From the IMG/VR virus record IMGVR_UViG_3300032092_000001: a stretch of 64,000 nt of DNA, one strand, 5' to 3'. Below the pieces are notes generated by a model, which saw only the letters and a list, made by a program, of their open reading frames with translations, searched no databases and had not been told where the DNA came from. Both the position numbers and the translations under genes were made by a program. This stretch comes from a virus (lineage: Duplodnaviria; Caudoviricetes). This document shows, one piece after another, positions 1 through 7,055 of this stretch (its first letter is position 1; the number at the start of each line of letters is the position of its first letter).

Positions 1-381
1 AACAACAACAAGATATCTACCCTTTGGGAATTTCTTAATGAAAGTTCCTGTGGTCATGTTACGTTTAACAATCTGACCTTTAACTTTAACATCATATTTC
101 ATATGTCCGTGTTGGTCACCCAAGTTGGAGAATGACTTACCATTAATCAAAATTCCTTCTCTAACCATACCACGCATACCTCCAATGAAGTTTCTTGTCC
201 CCTCACGATTTCCACGAAACCATTTTTTCGCAACGAACTTGTGTGCTTCATCGTAATGCATTTCAAACGAAGATGCAATTGCTCTAACTACACAATCATT
301 ACTTTCACTTTGAGCGATTTTAGAATCACTGTATCCAATAATCGCATCTTTTGTCGGTATGTATTTTATTTCGTTATTCAT
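1..381 (-). CDS. Conserved phage hypothetical protein, partial (runs off window start)
   Basis: Hand-translated from ATG at 381: MNNEIKYIPTKDAIIGYSDSKIAQSESNDCVVRAIASSF...; open to position 1; TAtcTTTG promoter-like motif just upstream. Confidence 0.75.
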   Translation of the reverse strand, partial: MNNEIKYIPTKDAIIGYSDSKIAQSESNDCVVRAIASSFEMHYDEAHKFVAKKWFRGNREGTRNFIGGMRGMVREGILINGKSFSNLGDQHGHMKYDVKVKGQIVKRNMTTGTFIKKFPKGRYLVVV

Positions 382-427
382 ACCACAAAGATAAGGCGAA
401 ATACTTTACCCCACAAATTTTTTTTGA

Positions 428-542
428 AGTCAGGACAGGATTCGAACCTGTAAGTAATGGAAGTTCCTCAACCTCTCCCTAAGTTCAGTGTCTTTGTGCC
501 CTGCCCTTTGTTTTATACTTTGGCACCAATTGCCACCTGACT
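428..542 (-). tRNA. Degenerate tRNA-like element (~115 nt; intact acceptor stem and T-arm, no recognisable anticodon arm)
   Basis: 5' AGTCAGG pairs with 3' CCTGACT; T-arm ACAGG-TTCGAAT-CCTGT; interior expanded and non-canonical. Confidence 0.55.
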
Positions 543-544
543 AT

Positions 545-697
545 GTTACCAGTCTTTCCTGGTCGTCACCTTGCTCCGCAGGTATGAACCCGCATTGCCC
601 TTGGTTGGGTCTATTTGGAAAAGTCACGGTCGGCTCTGTTTCCAAATCATTTTTGTGGTTGACGGCTCAATCCGACACGACCGATTAATCCCACATT
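545..697 (-). ncRNA. Candidate structured RNA between two tRNA-like elements
   Basis: Helices UGUGG/CCACA, AUUUGGAAA/UUUCCAAAU, GCGGGU-UCAU-ACCUGC, ACCAG/CUGGU; loop CGACCG complementary to upstream CGGUCG; GC-richer than flanks. Confidence 0.35.
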
Positions 698-699
698 AG

Positions 700-804
700 T
701 ACTCAGAGAAGGACTTGAACCTTCATGTCATTTCTGACTCGGTAAATTACCTTAGCGTCTATCCATCGGGAATTACATGATTACCTCGCTTCCGCCACCT
801 GAGC
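700..804 (-). tRNA. Degenerate tRNA-Leu-like element with D-loop insertion and collapsed anticodon arm
   Basis: GCTCAGG/TCTGAGT acceptor; GCGGAA...GGATAGACGC Leu-type D-arm split by ~25 extra nt; variable arm GTCA-GAAA-TGAC; T-arm GAAGG-TTCAAGT-CCTTC. Confidence 0.55.
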
Positions 805-808
805 ATCT

Positions 809-1012
809 TTATTTTTTAACATATTCCATCATCTCTCTCATTTTGGAAATCAATAGTTCCATTTCATCTACATTGAGGTACATACGAGGACTATCTGAAC
901 CATCCAACTCTTTTGTTTCAACGATGATTCCATTATACGTCTCCGTTGGGTATACCTCAACTTCTTGTTCTTCTGTTGAGATTGTTACTTTGTGCCAAAC
1001 TTTATTCTTCAT
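809..1012 (-). CDS. Hypothetical protein (67 aa)
   Basis: ORF track; fits gene packing; TAtcTTTG motif upstream. Confidence 0.7.
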   Translation of the reverse strand: MKNKVWHKVTISTEEQEVEVYPTETYNGIIVETKELDGSDSPRMYLNVDEMELLISKMREMMEYVKK

Positions 1013-1035
1013 AGGACAAAGATAATACTAATTTT

Positions 1036-1284
1036 TTACTTCTCCAAAAATTCTTTCACCAATCTTAAAACAATTTGAGCTCTATCTTCCCCTTCTTCCC
1101 ATTCCCAAAATAAAAACTTCTTTTTAATTGTCTTCGCATAGTCCTGAAGTCCATTCTTTTTAGAATCAATCACACCAAACTGAACCAAACACGCTTCCAT
1201 ATACCCCAAATAAAACCCTGATGGAAGAAATCCTCTATTATGGTAGTTGTTATAACAATTTTTTAAATGTCCTTTCTGTAGCAT
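1036..1284 (-). CDS. Hypothetical protein (82 aa)
   Basis: ORF track; promoter-like motif upstream. Confidence 0.65.
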   Translation of the reverse strand: MLQKGHLKNCYNNYHNRGFLPSGFYLGYMEACLVQFGVIDSKKNGLQDYAKTIKKKFLFWEWEEGEDRAQIVLRLVKEFLEK

Positions 1285-1326
1285 AGTGTTTTAATTTATT
1301 TCACAAATCTACAACATTCTTTTCAG

Positions 1327-1497
1327 TTACACAAATATTTCTTCAATTCCCTTACAAATTTGTTTCTCATTGGATGTGTCCCAAAGTTTTGGGTTCACCA
1401 TATGACAGGTATGTTTCTTACCAGTTCTATTAACAAACTCTTTTAATTTTTGGTTGTGGTTATTCTCCACCTTCCAAGGACATTCTTTACACTTCAT
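1327..1497 (-). CDS. Small Cys/His-rich protein (56 aa), possible metal-binding, DUF6283-like
   Basis: Hand-translated MKCKECPWKVENNHNQKLKEFVNRTGKKHTCHMVNPKLWDTSNEKQICKGIEEIFV; CxxCPW...CH...C pattern. Confidence 0.6.
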   Translation of the reverse strand: MKCKECPWKVENNHNQKLKEFVNRTGKKHTCHMVNPKLWDTSNEKQICKGIEEIFV

Positions 1498-1504
1498 TTT
1501 AAAC

Positions 1505-1726
1505 TTATAGACTCATTTTTCTTCTAATTCTTCTTTTAGCCCTTCTAGACGCTCTGTCATACTGACGACACCATTTTTTGTACGATACTTCTTTACCATT
1601 GGCTAGTTTAATTTTTGAAGGTAACTCATCCTGAATAGGGATGTTAGTACTCACATTAACAGTGTCTTGCCCATATAATAAAGATGAAATCAAGATAGTA
1701 AAAATTGAAACTAATAGATTTTTCAT
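1505..1726 (-). CDS. Small secreted/membrane protein
   Basis: MKNLLVSIFTILISSLLYGQ signal-peptide-like start; basic C-terminus. Confidence 0.65.
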   Translation of the reverse strand: MKNLLVSIFTILISSLLYGQDTVNVSTNIPIQDELPSKIKLANGKEVSYKKWCRQYDRASRRAKRRIRRKMSL

Positions 1727-1777
1727 AGTGGTGTGATTATTTCTACAAATATACCACACCTATTCTTACCCCACAAG

Positions 1778-1784
1778 TATTTAT
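1778..1784 (+). promoter_or_regulatory. TATTTAT putative phage late promoter motif (representative copy)
   Basis: Sense-strand TATTTAT lies ~5-45 nt upstream of starts at 1792, 6399, 11087, 14540, 17064, 17314, 18987, 20724, 21485, 25014, 25398, 32781, 34375, 34725, 39761, 40791, 41087, 52948. Confidence 0.6.
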
Positions 1785-1791
1785 TTATGAA

Positions 1792-3552
1792 ATGTCAAAA
1801 AAATTTTTAATTTCTGAGGACGAAAGAAGGGATATCCTATCAATGTATGGAATCCTCAAAGAGTCCATTGACCCTACAAAAGGAGGTACTCAAGAATTTA
1901 GAGTAAATTATAAAGCAGGATGGTATGATGCAAATAATCCTTCAGCCTACCTGGATGGACAGAATAAATTAATTGATGAGATTGATAATTTTGTAAAAAC
2001 ACAATTAATCCCTTATCTACAAAAAGTACCATCTAGCGTGGTCGCCATGAAGTTTAGGTCAGGAGAATCTTTGGTCCCCAATACCGATAATGAAGGTAAA
2101 GATAAGGGTAAAGGACAACCTTTAGAACCTGGTAGATTAAGTGAGTTAAGAAAATATTATTTAGAACAATATTTGAATACTGTCGTCATTCCACAAATAC
2201 AAAATGTTGACAAACAAGCCGAAATACCCGAATTACAATATGAAAAGGTTGAACCAAAAGAACCTTGGATTGGTAAATCGTGGTGTAAAAACCCAACAGA
2301 TAAAGAAGGTAGGAGTTGTCTAAAAGCTTGGAAAGATAGTGGATATATTGACAGAGATAAATATAATTTAGACCAAGTAAGTGAGTTTTCAATTACGGTT
2401 ACCCCTAAGACACCGACCAAAAAAGTAGAAGATTGCCCATCAACAATCAGAATTAGATTTGAGATTAAAAATCATAGCTGTCAAAATGCTGAATTTTTTG
2501 TATTCGCAAATAAAACTAGATTAAATAATATGGAAGGTGGAATGACCGCAAACTTGAATACAGGTTCAGGTGGTAGAGGTATACCAGGTGTTAAAGACCA
2601 ACCAATATTCCCAAAAGAATTAATGAATCCGGGTTATGGTATTTTAAGTCGTAAATATAAATCCCCACCCAAAGGTCAAACTAAAGAACAGAATGACGCT
2701 CTTTTTAGTAAAGCAACAAGATGGGACGATTTTGAAATAACCCCATCAATTAAAGAGGAAATATTATCACAATCAATTAATGATAAAAACACCACTCCAT
2801 TTATTAACATATGGTTTGAATGTACCACCTATGATGCTCATGACGATATTGTTACAATAACGATTTATGATGGGAATAATAAAGTAGTTGGTAAACCATT
2901 TTCACCTAATGGTAAAAATGAAGGTTTATTGTGTACTTTAGACAAATGCGGTATTCCGATAAAGACAATTAATGGCTCAATTGGCCCATCAGAAGGAGAT
3001 GTTAGTTCCGCAAGACAAGAGTTAATTAATTATAAGAGTAGTTTGATGAATAGTTTAGGTTTGAGTGCCGACACAACTAACTTAGATACTAAGGGGCTGG
3101 AATTAGAGAAAGCGGGAAGTTTACTTACAAACATTAATACAGTTCTTAAAAGTTTTGACGACGCATTTAAATCAATTAAATCGGAGTTTGGAAAATACAA
3201 TAAGGAATTTAATAAACTTGATGAAACAACAAGAAAGTTTATTATGTCTCAAGGAGACTCATTTAATTTTGTTAGGAATCAGAAAATTGAATACTTTCAG
3301 AAAGTACTCAATTCTAATGGATATAAAAGTTTACTTAGAAAGGACCCTTTAGACCCAAATTCATACAAAAGAGGTTTAGTTACAAGTGATATGGGTGGAG
3401 ATTTAAAAGTAAGACTTGATAAATTTTACAATTATTTCAATAAATTCTACAAGATAGGAGATGATGAAAAAATTAGACCGATATCATTAGTAAGCCCTGA
3501 GAAATATATCAATCTTAATAATGAATTAAATAAAATACGAGAACAATCTTAA
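1792..3552 (+). CDS. Large hypothetical protein (586 aa), probable virion/head-associated
   Basis: Long ORF; TATTTAT upstream; N-terminus MSKKFLISE...ILKE. Confidence 0.85.
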   Translation: MSKKFLISEDERRDILSMYGILKESIDPTKGGTQEFRVNYKAGWYDANNPSAYLDGQNKLIDEIDNFVKTQLIPYLQKVPSSVVAMKFRSGESLVPNTDNEGKDKGKGQPLEPGRLSELRKYYLEQYLNTVVIPQIQNVDKQAEIPELQYEKVEPKEPWIGKSWCKNPTDKEGRSCLKAWKDSGYIDRDKYNLDQVSEFSITVTPKTPTKKVEDCPSTIRIRFEIKNHSCQNAEFFVFANKTRLNNMEGGMTANLNTGSGGRGIPGVKDQPIFPKELMNPGYGILSRKYKSPPKGQTKEQNDALFSKATRWDDFEITPSIKEEILSQSINDKNTTPFINIWFECTTYDAHDDIVTITIYDGNNKVVGKPFSPNGKNEGLLCTLDKCGIPIKTINGSIGPSEGDVSSARQELINYKSSLMNSLGLSADTTNLDTKGLELEKAGSLLTNINTVLKSFDDAFKSIKSEFGKYNKEFNKLDETTRKFIMSQGDSFNFVRNQKIEYFQKVLNSNGYKSLLRKDPLDPNSYKRGLVTSDMGGDLKVRLDKFYNYFNKFYKIGDDEKIRPISLVSPEKYINLNNELNKIREQS

Positions 3553-3592
3553 CTTTGATTATAGTTGTATTTTCAAATCGTTGAGTTCTTTT

Positions 3593-4105
3593 TCAATTAT
3601 TTTTATACCACTCAGGTGTTTCTCTATTTTTCCAAACCGCAAATCCTGACTTGGCTTCACGGTAGTAATTTCTATATGATTCAATAACATCATTACCTAC
3701 TTTGAACTCATCTCCCATCGCTAATGGAGGGGTTGTAAAATCAATATCATGAATGTTTGGTCTATTGGTTAAACACCACTCAATTACATCTTGAGATTTG
3801 TGACGTTTACCATATCGGTATGTATATTCTTTACACAACTCAAGTCCCAAATCACATAGGTAAAGATAGTTACTTAAACTCTCACGAGTCCAAATAGCAC
3901 AAGGATGATTCCTATGAGATAACTTGTACGGTACTTGGTCGTTTACTTGGTCGGTACTTGGTGGGTACTTGGTGGGTACTTGGTGGGTTACATGGTGGAC
4001 ACCACACAATAGTTGAGCGGTTTCCAATATCATCTTAACGACGTGTTTGTCACAGTGATACTGAGCACATTTTTTAACGTCAAAATCCAAAAAGAAAATA
4101 TTCAT
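3593..4105 (-). CDS. Pyrimidine-dimer DNA glycosylase / endonuclease V-like protein
   Basis: MNIFFLD...HCDKHVVKMILETAQLL and HRNHPCAIWTRES motifs of the Pyr_excise-type family. Confidence 0.8.
   Translation of the reverse strand: MNIFFLDFDVKKCAQYHCDKHVVKMILETAQLLCGVHHVTHQVPTKYPPSTDQVNDQVPYKLSHRNHPCAIWTRESLSNYLYLCDLGLELCKEYTYRYGKRHKSQDVIEWCLTNRPNIHDIDFTTPPLAMGDEFKVGNDVIESYRNYYREAKSGFAVWKNRETPEWYKNN
3931..3986 (+). repeat. Intragenic 11-nt tandem repeat
   Basis: GTACTTGGTGG x3 perfect (3954-3986) preceded by two imperfect units (GTACTTGGTCG, TTTACTTGGTCG). Confidence 0.9.
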
Positions 4106-4118
4106 ACCGCTAATATAT

Positions 4119-4145
4119 AAAAAAAACCGATTACTCGGCTTTTTT
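4119..4145. terminator. Short intrinsic terminator-like hairpin
   Basis: A-run CCGA-TTAC-TCGG followed by C and T-run. Confidence 0.45.
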
Positions 4146-4355
4146 AATCAGTCTTTGATAATGATTCTCATCAATAGCAAGTCTGAGTCTATTTTCGGTC
4201 GCCTTATATAAGTCGGCGCCAGGTCCACCCAATTGTTTCCCATACATTGTCAGATAATTCCTAACAAGTTTTCTACAAGCGATGTCTTGTATCGGATGGG
4301 TACAAGAGTCAATAACACTGATTACCCATAACATTGTTTCATACCAACCTTTCAT
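4131..4355 (-). CDS. Hypothetical protein (74 aa)
   Basis: Start corrected to MKGWYETML because the ORF-track start lies inside the tRNA gene. Confidence 0.7.
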   Translation of the reverse strand: MKGWYETMLWVISVIDSCTHPIQDIACRKLVRNYLTMYGKQLGGPGADLYKATENRLRLAIDENHYQRLIKKAE

Positions 4356-4376
4356 AGTTTTATATTTTAAAGTTTG

Positions 4377-4451
4377 TGAAGAAGACGGGAATCGAACCTC
4401 GTGGCACAAGGGTTTTCGGACCCTTTGCTCTACCTTCTGAGCTACTTCTTC
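4377..4451 (-). tRNA. tRNA-Phe-like with aberrant 8-nt anticodon loop (TCCGAAAA) and bulged T-stem
   Basis: GAAGAAG/CTTCTTC acceptor + A73; GCTC-AGAAGGTA-GAGC D-arm; AAGGG/CCCTT anticodon stem; TTCGATT T-loop. Confidence 0.7.
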
Positions 4452-4458
4452 ATTTATA

Positions 4459-5187
4459 TTATTTACTTAAAACTTCCTTGTTGTAGTAGTCATCAAAACC
4501 TACTAACATCTCAGAAATTGTTTTGGTACCTTCACTCTTAATTACTTCATCAATCAACCCAAATTCCTTAGCCTCATCTGAGTTATACCATCTATCTCTC
4601 CTTGAGAACTCCAATACCTCGTCAACCGTTTTCCCACAATTCTCAGCAATCATCTTAAACAAAATGTAGTTGTATTTCTCAGCTTCCATTTGATTAATTC
4701 TTGTGTCCTGCACATTACCCTCCGTTCCGTGACTAACTTGGTGAGTCATGACTTTGGAATATACAAGTGATGAACGTTTACCTTTGGTCCCTGATGATAA
4801 CAACACCGAGCCCATTGACGCACACATCCCAATGTTTGTGGTTGCAACATCTGACTTAATGTAGTTCATCAAATCAACGATACCCAAACCACAGAGAACT
4901 GAACCACCAGGTGAGTTAATATATAACGTAATGTCACGTTGTTCAACTGAGTCCAAAAATAACAACTGAGCCTGAACAATATCCGACATATGTTGGTTAA
5001 CCGCTCCCGACACCCACAAAATTCGTTCTCTCATTAATCGTGAGAAAATATCAATCTGTGTTGCTCTTAATTCTCTTTCCTCTAACACATAAGGTGTTAA
5101 ACCATTTTCAAATCTGTCCAAATTTAGTGAAGAAATACCCTCACTCATTGCAAATTTTCTAAACTCTTTTCCGTAATTCATTTTCAT
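4459..5187 (-). CDS. clpP: ATP-dependent Clp protease proteolytic subunit
   Basis: DIFSRLMRERI, YINSPGGSV, CASMG (catalytic Ser), HQ (catalytic His), RDRW motifs. Confidence 0.95.
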   Translation of the reverse strand: MKMNYGKEFRKFAMSEGISSLNLDRFENGLTPYVLEERELRATQIDIFSRLMRERILWVSGAVNQHMSDIVQAQLLFLDSVEQRDITLYINSPGGSVLCGLGIVDLMNYIKSDVATTNIGMCASMGSVLLSSGTKGKRSSLVYSKVMTHQVSHGTEGNVQDTRINQMEAEKYNYILFKMIAENCGKTVDEVLEFSRRDRWYNSDEAKEFGLIDEVIKSEGTKTISEMLVGFDDYYNKEVLSK

Positions 5188-5194
5188 TTCTTAA

Positions 5195-5605
5195 AAAGGT
5201 AAAGGTCGTCTTCTCTGTCCGTGTGGTATTCACGAGACGACCTTTGGTTAGTGGATATTACCATATATAGTATTTCTTCGGATATGTCCCAAGAGAGTGG
5301 GACCGTAGTAACCATCCACCGAAGACCTATACTCTCACCCATATTACAGGGTTACCCTCAGGACATCTTAACCCTACCCCCAAAGTTACATGGTCGGTCT
5401 CACTCGTAAGAAGAGTGTATATTGTAGAATTGTCCAGTGTTTCTACAACTTGTGGATTGTATTACAACCATTTAAGGTCCCTAACCCCTTCCATCCATAA
5501 TTGGGGTATCTGATTCAAATTTGTGTAGCCTCCCCCATAGCCTTGGAGCCTTCCCGCCAGGTTCACACTGTCCAACCGCAGATAAATCGGTATTGTGGGG
5601 TCTTC
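5195..5605 (-). ncRNA. Candidate ~400-nt structured RNA immediately upstream of clpP
   Basis: No credible ORF; GC-rich; perfect 11-bp stem 5201-5211/5235-5245 plus stems GTCCC/GGGAC, CTTCGG/CCGAAG, CACTC/GAGTG, TTGTAGAA/TTCTACAA, CCCC/GGGG, ACCG/CGGT. Confidence 0.55.
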
Positions 5606-5613
5606 TTTACAAA

Positions 5614-5979
5614 TTAGATTACTTCGGAAATTGCTTCGTCAGCATATTCCATAATAATATCGTTTTCAACACCTTCTGTAGCACTTACGAATGCGTCTCT
5701 CAAAACATCTTCGTCAATACTTGGTACAATTTCACGACCATCTACGTCAAATGTTACCACATCATTAGCATCTAATGAATTAATCATTTCATCAAAGATG
5801 TACTCATTAATTTTGTTGGTGTATTCAACCAAGAAGTTTTCAAGTTGTTCTCTTGTGAAAACGATATCCGCTTCTTCAACTACGAAACCCGCATCGGATT
5901 TAACTTCATTTAATTGTGATTGGATTTCATTCAATTTTTCAATCAACTCACTGTTTTGGTTTTTGTTTTTTTTGCTCAT
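5614..5979 (-). CDS. Hypothetical acidic protein (121 aa)
   Basis: ORF track; TATATTTG promoter motif near 6010. Confidence 0.8.
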   Translation of the reverse strand: MSKKNKNQNSELIEKLNEIQSQLNEVKSDAGFVVEEADIVFTREQLENFLVEYTNKINEYIFDEMINSLDANDVVTFDVDGREIVPSIDEDVLRDAFVSATEGVENDIIMEYADEAISEVI

Positions 5980-6029
5980 AATATTTATTTTTTGTTTTTA
6001 TTTTCTTTTACAAATATACACCAGATTTC

Positions 6030-6227
6030 TTATTCTAACAAGGTGTAGATGTTATTTTCATCCAAAATAATTTCACCCTTTTCTCCAATGGTAATACACA
6101 AACCTTCCATCACATTTTGGAAGTTTGTTTCACTCATAACATTAGCCTTGACAAGTTTTTTGTATCCCAAAATGAAGTCAATCAATTCAGGTTCACAGAT
6201 AAATCCTTTTTCAATTACTGGTATCAT
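6030..6227 (-). CDS. Hypothetical protein (65 aa)
   Basis: ORF track; follows tRNA-Cys. Confidence 0.6.
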   Translation of the reverse strand: MIPVIEKGFICEPELIDFILGYKKLVKANVMSETNFQNVMEGLCITIGEKGEIILDENNIYTLLE

Positions 6228-6243
6228 ATTGTATTAAATTTTG

Positions 6244-6315
6244 AGGTCGGAGTTGGAATCGAACCAACATAAGAGCTTTTGCAGAGCTCCACTTAAACCA
6301 TTCAGACATCCGACC
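6244..6315 (-). tRNA. tRNA-Cys(GCA)
   Basis: GGTCGGA/TCCGACC acceptor, U73 discriminator, GAGCT-CTGCAAA-AGCTC anticodon arm, GTTGG-TTCGATT-CCAAC T-arm. Confidence 0.92.
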
Positions 6316-6398
6316 TTATTTAGAATACAAAGATAATAATACTTATCACTACAAATCAAATTTTTTATTAATTATTTTTTCATTATATTTATCAATGT

Positions 6399-7055
6399 AT
6401 GGCAGTAAATATTGAGTTCTTTTTTAAACAGTTCACTAAAATGAATCATACAATTAATTGTGAGAATGGTTTGCAATTAATTTGGTCGGGAGATTATAAG
6501 GAAAGATTTGTAAAGAGATTCAAAGACAAGGAAGATGTTCCAATATACTTCATTAATAATCCCCAAGATTCACCGTACACAAAGGAAGCTCTCACACAGT
6601 TTATTGAGTCCAAATTAGAATCATTTAGAGAAATTATTCCAATAGATGAAAGTTATATTACAAGTCGTCTATACGAGATTGACTCTGAAGAAGCATTATT
6701 TATTCCAAATAAAGTATTAAGAAACATTACAAATAAATTACAAAAAGTCACGGTTGACAAATCAGTAAACCCCGTAAGATTAATTGGAGAATTTGACGGT
6801 CAGTTTGAAATATCTCAAGATGATGAGAATATACTTGTTTATATAGATTTCTCACTTTCAGAATTACAGTTAAACGGAGAAGAAATAGATAGTTCCCATG
6901 ATGAATACGATGAATGGATTGATTATTTCAGATACGATAATAACGAGTTCCTTGAAGACGGGATTTGGGTCTGTTTTAGTGAATTAACCAATAACAAAAA
7001 CTTTTATAACTATGAGTGGATGGGTTGGTATAGTAATTTCTATTTCATTACCTAA
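6399..7055 (+). CDS. Hypothetical protein (218 aa)
   Basis: ORF track; TATTTAT upstream. Confidence 0.8.
   Translation: MAVNIEFFFKQFTKMNHTINCENGLQLIWSGDYKERFVKRFKDKEDVPIYFINNPQDSPYTKEALTQFIESKLESFREIIPIDESYITSRLYEIDSEEALFIPNKVLRNITNKLQKVTVDKSVNPVRLIGEFDGQFEISQDDENILVYIDFSLSELQLNGEEIDSSHDEYDEWIDYFRYDNNEFLEDGIWVCFSELTNNKNFYNYEWMGWYSNFYFIT

Noticed and set aside
5195-5605. RNase P RNA or group I intron
   Set aside because: No GAGGAAAGUCC-type P4 signature, and it does not interrupt a gene.
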